51,156 bases of DNA from Promethearchaeia archaeon (lineage in GTDB: Archaea; Asgardarchaeota; Lokiarchaeia; Sigyniarchaeales; SOKP01). The position numbers and the translations under genes are program-made. The stretch's first letter is position 1; each line of letters begins with the position of its first letter. Location: contig JAHQWL010000029.1 in the NCBI GenBank assembly GCA_029856155.1, positions 1 to 51,156 on the forward strand, written 5' to 3'. The notes beneath the pieces were generated by a model. That model had not been told where the DNA came from. It ran no database searches and saw only the letters and a list, made by a program, of their open reading frames with translations. This document shows, in pieces, positions 20,989-29,709 of this stretch.

Positions 20989-22299
20989 ATGAAATTTATG
21001 GGATTTAGAGAATATATAAATCAAATTGATGAGAAAGCACTTCTTCGAAATGTCAACATTGAGGTGTCGAAGAAATTAGAGATCTCTGGAATTTTAAAAG
21101 CGATTGAACCCACTCCTGTTATGTTTAATAACATAAAAGAATCAAAATTTCGTGTAATTGGTAATTTATTCTGTACAAAGAATGTAATTGCTTCATATTT
21201 CGGGGTAACTCCCGCAGATCTCATACCAATGCTCTCAAAGGCAATATCTAATCGTACAAAACCAGAAATTGTTACGAATGCTCCTTGTCAAGAAATTGTG
21301 GAAGCAAACGTCGAATTAAATAAAATTCCAATTTTGTTCCACTGTGAAAAAGATGGTGGAAATTATATCAGTTCTGCTGTTGTAGTCACCAGAGACCCTG
21401 ATTACGGCCAAAACTTAGACTTTCATCGAGCAATGCAATTTTCAAATGAAAAATTTGCTACTCGAATAGTTAAAGGACGTCATTTTTCCAAATTTTTAGA
21501 AAAGAATGGAGAATTAGAAGTTGCCTTTTGTATAGGAAATACTCCAAACATTCTTATTGCTGGAGCAACTTCTGTAGATATTGGTGTTGATGAATTAGAA
21601 ATAGCGAACGCTTTAGAACCTATTAAAGTTGTAAAAGCGAATTCTGTTGATCTTTTAGTACCCGCAGAAGCAGAATTTGTCTTGGAAGGTCGCGTTTATT
21701 TAGAAGAAAGGCACTCCGAAGGGCCTTTTGTTGATCTAACTGAAACTTATGATATGATTAGAGAAGAACCCGTTTTTGAAGTTAAAAAAATCACTCATAG
21801 AAAAGATGCAATTTGGCAAGCTTTATTACCAGGTGCTCTTGAACATAAGATATTGATGGGAATGCCTCGAGAACCTACTATTTTCAATAAAGTAAATGAA
21901 ATGGGTGTTAAGTGTCTTGATGTTAATATAAATCCCGGTGGATGCTCTTGGTTACACGCAGTTGTTCAGATTGATAAAAAAACTGAGGAGGACGGCAAAG
22001 AAGCAATAGAAGGAGCTTTTATAGGGCATACAAGCTGTAAACATGTTTTTATTGTTGATAACGATATCAATATTTATGATCCTTTATCTGTGGAGTGGGC
22101 GATGGCGACTCGCTTCCAAGGAGATAGCAGAATGATTATTAAAGATAAAGAACCAGGAAGCAGCTTAGATCCAAGCGCGGAACCAGGTACAAAAATGACA
22201 ACAAAAATAGGTTTTGATTTGACAAAACCACTAATTGTTAAAGGAAAAAATTTTGATATAGCAGAATTTCCTAAGGTGGACGTTAACAAATATTTATAA
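20989..22299 (+). CDS. UbiD-family decarboxylase, probable anhydromevalonate phosphate decarboxylase
   Basis: DGGNYIS, VPAEAEFVLEG, EGPFVD, VEWAMATR and SLDPS. It is adjacent to the AcnX subunits in the MVA operon. Confidence 0.88.
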   Translation: MKFMGFREYINQIDEKALLRNVNIEVSKKLEISGILKAIEPTPVMFNNIKESKFRVIGNLFCTKNVIASYFGVTPADLIPMLSKAISNRTKPEIVTNAPCQEIVEANVELNKIPILFHCEKDGGNYISSAVVVTRDPDYGQNLDFHRAMQFSNEKFATRIVKGRHFSKFLEKNGELEVAFCIGNTPNILIAGATSVDIGVDELEIANALEPIKVVKANSVDLLVPAEAEFVLEGRVYLEERHSEGPFVDLTETYDMIREEPVFEVKKITHRKDAIWQALLPGALEHKILMGMPREPTIFNKVNEMGVKCLDVNINPGGCSWLHAVVQIDKKTEEDGKEAIEGAFIGHTSCKHVFIVDNDINIYDPLSVEWAMATRFQGDSRMIIKDKEPGSSLDPSAEPGTKMTTKIGFDLTKPLIVKGKNFDIAEFPKVDVNKYL

Positions 22300-22317
22300 T
22301 ATAAGGAGTAAAATAAA

Positions 22318-23511
22318 ATGATATTAACATCAGAAGAACAAGATATGTTGGATGGTAAATACGGTAAAGCTGCCCAAAAATCTATGGAAATTTTAACCAC
22401 ATTGGGCGATATCTTTGAAGCTGAATGTATGGTTAATGTTTATGGTGTTCAAATAGCCGGGGTTTCATATGATAATCTTGGTGAAGCGGGTTTAGAATTC
22501 TTAAGTGAAATGGCAGAAGATGGAAAGGTTAGAGTCTTAGCAACTTTAAATCCTGCGGGAATGGATCGTGAAAATTGGCAAACTTTAGGGATTGATGAAG
22601 AATTTGCTAAAAATCAGAATCGAGCAATTAATGCGTTCGCTAAGATGGGCATAGTTACAACTTGTTCTTGTACACCATATTTAATTGGTAATACTCCTCA
22701 TTTTGGTCAACACATTGCTTGGGCTGAAAGTAGTGCGGTTTGTTATGCTAATTCTGTAATTGGTGCTCGAACTAATCGCGAGGGTGGACCAAGTGCTTTA
22801 GCATCTGCCATTACAGGGAAAACACCTAAATATGGGTATCATTTGGATGAAAATCGTCATGGGGAAGTTTTGATTAAAGTTGATGTTCCTGTTAAAGGTA
22901 CAGACGAATTTGGGGTATTAGGTAAAATAATTGGAGATAAATTGGTTGAATTAGGAAAGAAAATTCCATACATAACTGGAATTCCTAACGCAACTGTTGA
23001 AGAACTTAAGTCATTTTGTGCTTCTGTTGCGACTTATGGTGGAACTGCGTTATTTCATATGGAGGGAATAACTCCAGAATATAATAAATATCCTAAACCA
23101 AATGATATTATTCTTAAAATAGATCAAGATAATCTAGATAAAACGAGAATGGAACTTATTGATGATGATATTAAAATAGATTTTATTAGCATAGGGTGTC
23201 CTCATGCTTCAATTCACGAAATCGCAGAAATTGCGAACTTATTGAAGGGAAAAAAAGTAAAGAAAGAATTTTGGATTACAACAGCTCGACCTACAAAAAG
23301 AATTTCGGATGAAGCTGGTTATTCTAAAATAATTACGGATGCTGGAGCAAAATTTGCAGCAGATACATGCTGTGTTGTAGCTCCAATTAAAGGACGTTTT
23401 AAAGGAATTATGGTAGATTCAGCAAAAGCATGTTATTATGGTCGTGCAAAGAATAAATTTAAAGTAAAGATTGGATCAATTGAAAAATGCATTGAGGAGG
23501 CTATAAAATGA
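22318..23511 (+). CDS. aconitase X large subunit, probable phosphomevalonate dehydratase large subunit
   Basis: TLNPAG, CSCTPY, AWAESSAVCYANSVIGARTNREGG, IGCPHAS, DTCCVV and DSAKACYY. Confidence 0.92.
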   Translation: MILTSEEQDMLDGKYGKAAQKSMEILTTLGDIFEAECMVNVYGVQIAGVSYDNLGEAGLEFLSEMAEDGKVRVLATLNPAGMDRENWQTLGIDEEFAKNQNRAINAFAKMGIVTTCSCTPYLIGNTPHFGQHIAWAESSAVCYANSVIGARTNREGGPSALASAITGKTPKYGYHLDENRHGEVLIKVDVPVKGTDEFGVLGKIIGDKLVELGKKIPYITGIPNATVEELKSFCASVATYGGTALFHMEGITPEYNKYPKPNDIILKIDQDNLDKTRMELIDDDIKIDFISIGCPHASIHEIAEIANLLKGKKVKKEFWITTARPTKRISDEAGYSKIITDAGAKFAADTCCVVAPIKGRFKGIMVDSAKACYYGRAKNKFKVKIGSIEKCIEEAIK

Positions 23512-23897
23512 AGTTTGAAGGAAGGAAAATTTATAAGGGGATTGGTGAAGGAGAAGCAATTGTAACGAAAGATGCTATTTCATTTTATGGTGGTGTAGAT
23601 CCCGATACCGGTAAAGTTGTTGAGGTTGGGCACGAGTTAGAAGGTCAATCTCTCCGAGGAAAAGTTCTAGTTTTTCCAACCGGAAAAGGTTCTACAGTTG
23701 GATCATATACTATGTATAGAATGAAGAAAAACAATACCGCTCCAGTAGCAATTGTTAATAATCAAATTGATACAATCATAGCGGTTGGGTGTATAATCAG
23801 TGAAATTCCATGTGTTGACAAAATAGATATTAATAACATAAAGACTGGACAAAAAGTCATTGTTGATGGTTCAAAAGGCACTGTGGAGGTGAAATAA
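23508..23897 (+). CDS. aconitase X swivel (DUF126) subunit, phosphomevalonate dehydratase small subunit
   Basis: ISFYGGVDPDTG and GKVLVFPTGKGSTVGS. ATGA overlap with the large subunit. Confidence 0.92.
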   Translation: MKFEGRKIYKGIGEGEAIVTKDAISFYGGVDPDTGKVVEVGHELEGQSLRGKVLVFPTGKGSTVGSYTMYRMKKNNTAPVAIVNNQIDTIIAVGCIISEIPCVDKIDINNIKTGQKVIVDGSKGTVEVK

Positions 23898-24864
23898 ATG
23901 GGAACTGGAAAAGGATATGGAAAGACCATTCTTTTTGGCGAAATTTATATCCCCATTCGGGTGTAGACGCAATCATTTTGTAGTTTATGGTCTTCCAGCA
24001 ATCGCATCGGCGTTAGGATTTTTTACTACTGCAGATGTTAAAGTTGTGGAAGGACGCGGATGGTCTGTTGACGATCAGAGACCCGCAACACCAGGATACA
24101 AAAAAACGAAGTATAATGAGGCAATGCAATCAATTACAAATGTAATTAATCATTTAAAGATAGATATTGATAGTAAAAAGCTTGAAATAACATTTGGTGG
24201 TAATTTAATTGCTGCTAGTGGAGTTGGGGCTTCTGCCGCTCAATGCACATCTTTAGCTCGTGCCCTTAATAATAAATTTAATCTTAATCTAGATGATGAA
24301 AAGATAAACGAAGCAGCTTATGAAGGAGAAAAGGCTTACCATGGAACTCCTTCGGGCATCGATAATACCGCCTCTACTTATGGTGGTTTGATTTGGTTTG
24401 TTAAAAATTTGAGTGGGGGAAAAAATACTATGGACCTTTTAAGAATGCCAAAAAAGATGCCATTAGTTATAGCAAATTCAGGGATTACAGCCTCAACAAC
24501 AGAAGTAGTTGCTGATGTTCGAAGTTTAAAAGAGGAAAATCCAGAAAAATTTCAAAAAATCTTCAGTAAATATGAAAAATTAGCATATAAGGCAAAAAAT
24601 GCCTTACTTGAAGGGAATAGTGTCGCAACTGGAGCTTTAATGAATCAAAACCACAAATTACTTCAAGAGATCGCGGTTTCAGGAGAAGTAAACGATAAAT
24701 TGGTTGATATAGCGTTAAAAAATGGAGCAATAGGGGCTAAAGTAACTGGAACAGGTCGGGGTGGTTTGGTTATTTTTTTAGCTGAAAATGAAGAAATTCA
24801 AGAAAGGATTGCGAAAGCTATTGAAAAAGAAGGGTTTGATGCTTGGAGAACAATGATTGGATGA
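23898..24864 (+). CDS. mvk: mevalonate kinase, interrupted; join(23898..23942,23974..24864), 311 aa
   Basis: The ATG directly follows the upstream TAA. Exon 1 reads MGTGKGYGKTILFGE and exon 2 reads HFVVYGLPAIA..., continuing to GVGASAA, HGTPSGIDN and GAKVTGTGRGG. The track start at 23917 gives an N-terminus without the conserved motif. Confidence 0.9.
23943..23973 (+). other. candidate 31-nt bulge-helix-bulge (relaxed) mRNA intron in mvk
   Basis: Sequence ATTTATATCCCCATTCGGGTGTAGACGCAAT. It has a 9-bp internal stem (23944-52 with 23959-67), a central helix GGCG/CGCA and 3-nt bulges AA^A and AT^C. It contains an in-frame TAG, and removing it restores GE-H. Confidence 0.8.
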
Positions 24865-24877
24865 GTGTGAAATAAAA

Positions 24878-26770
24878 TTGAAAAGTAAAAATGAAATTAT
24901 TCTGTTAAAGTTAGGTGGAAGTTTATTAACTGATAAAAATAAACCTTTTTCTCTTAGGGAAGATATTTTAGAAAGTTGTCTCAATCAGATTATTGAAAGT
25001 AAAAAAGCAATCATTTTAATTCATGGAGGTGGATCTTTTGGGCATCCGATTGCTAAAAAATATCAAATTTCTCAAGGATTAAATGACTCCATAAAAGATC
25101 AAATTATAGGACTTTCCAAAACTCATAAAGCAATGAATGAATTTAATTCCATTATCATAAATAAAATGCTTGATAATGGTCGTTCAGCAATTTCCGTTCA
25201 AGCATCAAGTATTTTTATACAAGATTTTAATGAAATTATTTTTAAATCTATAGATCCTATTGAAAAGATGCTTGATCTCGGAATAATACCAGTCCTATAT
25301 GGTGATATTCTTCTGAGTTGGGATTCTTCATTTACAATTCTTTCTGGAGATCAAATTATTTTAAAATTATGTGAGAAGATTCAAAAATATAAAATCTCGA
25401 AAGTTATATTCGCAATTGAAGAAGATGGCATATATATCAAGGGCAATGGAAACGAAAAGCTGGCATTAAAATTAAGATCTAACGATTTGGTAGATTTAAA
25501 ATTAGCAGAATTAGATCAAAAAATTGATGTTACTGGAGGTATAAGAGGTAAACTAGAAACTATCAAAGAGATTATAAAACTTGGCATATCTGTTCAAATA
25601 ATTAATGGAATCAAAAATAAAAATATTCTTAAAGCTTTAAACAATGAATATTTAGAATGTACTAGTATTGAATCAACTTCTGAAAGAAAGATTGGGAACA
25701 ACATATATAATAGGAAGATAGAACACATAAAAATACCTTTAGTGCATAATGTGCAACATGTAAAGAACTATTTTGATGAGGTTAATCTAATTCATCATCC
25801 ACTACCAGAATATGAGTTAGAGGAAATTAATCTTTCTGTGGATTTCTTTAAAAAAAAAATATCAGCTCCTATATGTGTTTCAGCAATTACAGGAGGTCAT
25901 GAAATTTCTAAAGCAATTAATAATATCTTAGCAAACGCTGCAAGTTCAGAAAATATTATTATGAGTGTTGGTAGTCAAAGAATAGGATTAGAGGATCCTT
26001 CTACCGTTGATTCATTTAAAATTGTACGTGATATGGCACCTAATATTCCAGTAATAGGAAATTTAGGAATAGGACAGCTATGTGATCTCAATTTTAATAT
26101 AGATAATTTTAAGAATTGCATTGAGATGATTAATGCGGACGTAATGGCTATACACTTCAATGCTTTACATGAGCTTCTTCAAAGTGAAGGTAATATATCA
26201 TATAAAAATTTTGAGGAAAAATTTAAAGAAATAAGAAAAAATCTGAAAATTCCTATCATAGCTAAAGAAGTTGGAACAGGTTTTAATACAGATCTAGCTT
26301 TAAAGCTTGATTTACTAGGATTTGATGGATTTGATGTTGGAGGTTTAGGTGGCACAAATTTTGCTGCAATAGAGTCAATACGTGATGTAGACAGTTTTGA
26401 AGCATATACTCGAAAGATTGCAGACACTTTTTGTGAATGGGGTATTCCAACACCAGTTAGTATAATGAATGTTAGAAAAGTATCTAAAAAACTAATAATA
26501 GGGACAGGAGGATTGAGAACAGGTGTGGATATCGCCAAAGCAATTGTTTTAGGTGCTGATATTGGAGGATTTGCATTTAAATTTTTAAAAGCTGCCTGGC
26601 TAGATTATAAGAATAATTCTCAGTCGAATACAATCAAAGAAATAAAAACTTTGAAACAAGAATTAAGATCCTCATTATGGTTAATGAATGTTGAAAATAT
26701 TAATAAACTCAGGAGTAATAACGACAAGAGGGTTTTAGTGGGCGAATTATATCAATGGATAAATCAGTAA
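24878..26770 (+). CDS. isopentenyl phosphate kinase - type 2 IPP isomerase fusion
   Basis: N-half: KLGGSLLTDK, HGGGSFGH, PVLYGD, SGDQI and DVTGGIRGK. C-half: RKIEHI, AITGG, VGSQR, AKEVGTG, GGTNF, WGIPT and TGGLRTGVD. TTG at 24878 is the likely start (track start 24857). Confidence 0.92.
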   Translation: MKSKNEIILLKLGGSLLTDKNKPFSLREDILESCLNQIIESKKAIILIHGGGSFGHPIAKKYQISQGLNDSIKDQIIGLSKTHKAMNEFNSIIINKMLDNGRSAISVQASSIFIQDFNEIIFKSIDPIEKMLDLGIIPVLYGDILLSWDSSFTILSGDQIILKLCEKIQKYKISKVIFAIEEDGIYIKGNGNEKLALKLRSNDLVDLKLAELDQKIDVTGGIRGKLETIKEIIKLGISVQIINGIKNKNILKALNNEYLECTSIESTSERKIGNNIYNRKIEHIKIPLVHNVQHVKNYFDEVNLIHHPLPEYELEEINLSVDFFKKKISAPICVSAITGGHEISKAINNILANAASSENIIMSVGSQRIGLEDPSTVDSFKIVRDMAPNIPVIGNLGIGQLCDLNFNIDNFKNCIEMINADVMAIHFNALHELLQSEGNISYKNFEEKFKEIRKNLKIPIIAKEVGTGFNTDLALKLDLLGFDGFDVGGLGGTNFAAIESIRDVDSFEAYTRKIADTFCEWGIPTPVSIMNVRKVSKKLIIGTGGLRTGVDIAKAIVLGADIGGFAFKFLKAAWLDYKNNSQSNTIKEIKTLKQELRSSLWLMNVENINKLRSNNDKRVLVGELYQWINQ

Positions 26771-26775
26771 GTTTA

Positions 26776-27006
26776 TCATAAGTTCTCATACCTCACATCA
26801 AAAATCTTATTAACTAAATGGCATCCTCGATTATTCTCATCGCCAAAGATACATCTTTGGCGAATATCATTCTTTTTTTGTGAATATTTCATACACCCCC
26901 AACATTGTCCTTTAGCAAAACTGAACTTTTTTTTCTTATTCTCTTCTCTTATTTCTTCATATATTTCTAATGCAATTTCTTCAGTAATGGGTTTACCTTC
27001 TTTCGT
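26776..27006 (-). CDS. small CxxC/Cys-containing hypothetical protein (76 aa) with an apparent ACG start
   Basis: (M)KEGKPITEEIALEIYEEIREENKKKKFSFAKGQCWGCMKYSQKKNDIRQRCIFGDENNRGCHLVNKIFDVRYENL*. No ATG/GTG/TTG lies between the upstream in-frame TGA and the CWGC motif. Confidence 0.6.
   Translation of the reverse strand, partial: TKEGKPITEEIALEIYEEIREENKKKKFSFAKGQCWGCMKYSQKKNDIRQRCIFGDENNRGCHLVNKIFDVRYENL
26840..26863. repeat. perfect 11-bp inverted repeat, possible terminator of the MVA operon
   Basis: TCGCCAAAGAT-AC-ATCTTTGGCGA, followed on the plus strand by a T7 tract about 10 nt downstream. It sits 70 nt after the IPK-IDI stop. Confidence 0.5.
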
Positions 27007-27140
27007 AGTATATCACTTTATTTTATTTGGTTGAAAATTTAGTTTCTCAAATTAATTTTGAAGTCTATTTTATTAATATCTTAAGTAGTCTAAATCTTGA
27101 GAAGTTTGATAAATATAAGAAATGAGACAAATTGTGTAAA

Positions 27141-27527
27141 TTATTTGGGCTTTTCTTCTATAGTGTCCTTGATTTCATTTTTAAACTCAGAAAAAGCACC
27201 TATTTGACCTTTAAAATTTTTTAATTTATCAGAATATAGTTTAAAAAACTTATCTGAGATCTTTTTTAATTCTTTATTTACTTTTTTTTGATTAAATTCT
27301 CTTGAAGAGTTCGCTACGAATATTAAACCACTCTGCTTTATAATGGTAAATCTTGTATTCTGTAATTCAAAATTTGACAAGCCTCCTTCAGCTAATTGTT
27401 CAGCAAAATGATTTAACGCACTCATCATTGCTCCAAAAAGTTGGGGAGAGACTGCTTTATCGAACTCTCTGTGAAATATTACAATCCCAGATTTATCTAA
27501 AATCCAAATATCTTGGAGTACCTTCAA
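27141..27527 (-). CDS. stand-alone longin-like domain protein
   Basis: IWILDKSGIVIFHREF...QLFGAMMSALNHFAEQL...LIFVANS...FFKLY...FSEF, a longin fold pattern. Confidence 0.75.
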   Translation of the reverse strand: MKVLQDIWILDKSGIVIFHREFDKAVSPQLFGAMMSALNHFAEQLAEGGLSNFELQNTRFTIIKQSGLIFVANSSREFNQKKVNKELKKISDKFFKLYSDKLKNFKGQIGAFSEFKNEIKDTIEEKPK

Positions 27528-27692
27528 TTTTTATCCTCCTTGAATGCCTTCTAATATTTCAGATATCACTTATATTAATTTAGAAATGGAGCTTACTAAA
27601 TTAGTATTATTTTCAAATATTATAAATTATCATAAAGATTTTAATTTGCTTAATTGGTTGAAAAAATCAAATATTAGGAGTATATGTTCTCA

Positions 27693-28247
27693 TCACTCGT
27701 GATCCTCTCCCCATCTTTTTATCTCACTATCAATTCCAACATGGTCTAAGATCCTACCTACTATAAATTCTGTGAGGTCCTCTACACTTTTTGGTTTAAT
27801 ATAATATGATGGGATGGGTGGTAAAATCACAACACCTATTTTTGCTAGTTTAAGCATATTTTCAAGATGTATAGCACTGAAAGGAGTTTCTCTAACGACA
27901 AGTATTAATTTTCTCTTTTCCTTTATTATTACATCTGCAGCCCTCGTTATCAAATTATTCGCATATCCATTTGCAATTGCAGAAAGTGATTTCATTGAAC
28001 AAGGAATTACTATCATATTCTCCTCCTTATGAGAACCACTGGCAGGAGGTGCTAATAAATCATTCGCATCATAATTTTTATTCGCTAATTTTCGAATATC
28101 AGAAATATTGTAATCAGTCTCTACAGTTATTACTTTTTCAGCATTTTTTGAAATTATTAATTCTGTTTCAATTTTCTTTTTTCTCAGAGTTTCAAGAAGT
28201 TTGATTGCTAAATCAATTCCAGTGGCTCCGGTAATGGCGATTAACAT
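27693..28247 (-). CDS. ubiX: flavin prenyltransferase
   Basis: IAITGATG, APPASGS, PCSMKSLSAIANG, NLITRAADV, VRETPFS and HLENML. Confidence 0.95.
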   Translation of the reverse strand: MLIAITGATGIDLAIKLLETLRKKKIETELIISKNAEKVITVETDYNISDIRKLANKNYDANDLLAPPASGSHKEENMIVIPCSMKSLSAIANGYANNLITRAADVIIKEKRKLILVVRETPFSAIHLENMLKLAKIGVVILPPIPSYYIKPKSVEDLTEFIVGRILDHVGIDSEIKRWGEDHE

Positions 28248-28358
28248 TCAAGCTTTCTCATTTGTGTAATTAAAAAATAAAAAATATTATTGAACTTATT
28301 AATTCTTTTATGATTTTTAGTCTTTTCTTATTTTATATTGAACTGAAATTTTCACATT

Positions 28359-29426
28359 TCAGAATTTTCTCTCAAGTACAAAATTTAATAAATTTTCAAA
28401 GAATTCAGCTTCAGGCTGATTGATCTCACTATATAGTCTATCGAGAGATTGTTTAGCTCCATTGAAATATGACATTGCTAAATCTTTACATGAATTAACG
28501 ACGTCTACTTTAAGAAATAAATCTTTAACTTCCTGAACATCCTCATTTCTTATATATGGATTCTCTATAAGTTCTTCTAATCTAATCTTATCCTTTTGAT
28601 CTAATTTATTTAATGCTTCAATCAATAAACATGTCTTTTTTCCCTCTAATATATCTGAATCCGTTGGTTTTCCAGTAACTTTTTCATCCCCGAAAGTCCC
28701 TAAGATATCATCAATTATCTGGAAAATAATACCAAGATTGGTACCATAAATGGAAAGATCATTCATAAGCTTCTCATCTACTTTAGCATAATTTGCTCCT
28801 ATTAAAATAGATTTTTCGATTAATGCTCCTGTTTTTAGTGAAATCATCTTAATATAATCTGAAATTGTCAGATTTCTCTGGTTCACCATATCAGTTTCTA
28901 TTAAAACCCCATTTGCTATTTCTATAAACGCTTGTTCATAGTAATTAATTGCTCGAATATTAAGACTCTCTTCAAATTTGTTAAAAAAATATGCTTCTAA
29001 TCCTAAAAAAAATGCTGAATCACCACCAATGATCCCTATTGAATTACCAAAATCGATATCAGACATTTTCTTCAAATTGTATTGCTGATGGTAGTTACGA
29101 AACCTAAAATGAAAAGCGGGTTTTCCTCTCCTAAAATCATCCTTATCAATAATATCATCATGAATTAAGGAAGCATTATGAAGAAACTCTACTCCAATGC
29201 TAGGTAGAACAATTTTATCGTCTGATTTTTCATGGAAAGCATTAAATGTGGCAATACATAATAACGGTCGAATTCTTTTTCCCCCTGACAAGAAGTAGTT
29301 TTTTAATTCTGAATAGTAGTCTTTCAAAAAAGGATTTTGTACGCTTTCTAATTTTCGATCATAAACCATTTTAATTGCATTATTTATTTTAGGAATATAA
29401 TTTTGTGAATATTCCATAAATTTCAT
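28359..29426 (-). CDS. polyprenyl (geranylgeranyl) diphosphate synthase
   Basis: GGKRIRP, SLIHDDIIDKDDFRRG, KTGAL, FQIIDDILG and SDILEGKKT. Confidence 0.93.
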   Translation of the reverse strand: MKFMEYSQNYIPKINNAIKMVYDRKLESVQNPFLKDYYSELKNYFLSGGKRIRPLLCIATFNAFHEKSDDKIVLPSIGVEFLHNASLIHDDIIDKDDFRRGKPAFHFRFRNYHQQYNLKKMSDIDFGNSIGIIGGDSAFFLGLEAYFFNKFEESLNIRAINYYEQAFIEIANGVLIETDMVNQRNLTISDYIKMISLKTGALIEKSILIGANYAKVDEKLMNDLSIYGTNLGIIFQIIDDILGTFGDEKVTGKPTDSDILEGKKTCLLIEALNKLDQKDKIRLEELIENPYIRNEDVQEVKDLFLKVDVVNSCKDLAMSYFNGAKQSLDRLYSEINQPEAEFFENLLNFVLERKF

Positions 29427-29709
29427 TGTAAATCACAACTCTCTACTAATAAATGTATTTTTATAATCTTATACTACATTTAATTTGGTAAAATAAAAGG
29501 AATTTCAGATTTTCAATACTCTTAACAATTAGAGAACAAGTAATTGTAGTAAAATAACTAAATTTATTTATTATATTTCAGTTTGATTTTTATAAGTGAA
29601 ATTATCAGAGAAATTCAGAAAACTGAAATTATGATATGTTAAGGTGGATCTATTAGAGCATGGTAATAAAGATATTGAGATTAGGATGGAGAAAACCCTG
29701 TGATTAAAT

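Noticed and set aside
23917-23973. ORF-track start of mevalonate kinase (MERPFFLAKFISPFGCRRN...)
   Set aside because: This frame lacks the conserved GKxILFGE motif, which is encoded in another frame from the ATG at 23898.
23943-23973. mvk insertion as a simple frameshift, tandem duplication or transposon footprint
   Set aside because: A frameshift would leave about 10 extra residues inside an invariant motif. The insert does not duplicate flanking sequence, has no target-site duplication, and its stem relies on G-U pairs.
28245-28262. Upstream out-of-frame ATG AGA AAG CTT before ubiX, suggesting an interrupted start
   Set aside because: The gap is only about 5 nt with no structure, and MLIAITGATG is an acceptable start.
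29430-29709. Possible gene remnant in the GGPPS-GGR intergenic region
   Set aside because: Only short stop-riddled frames with no convincing motif.
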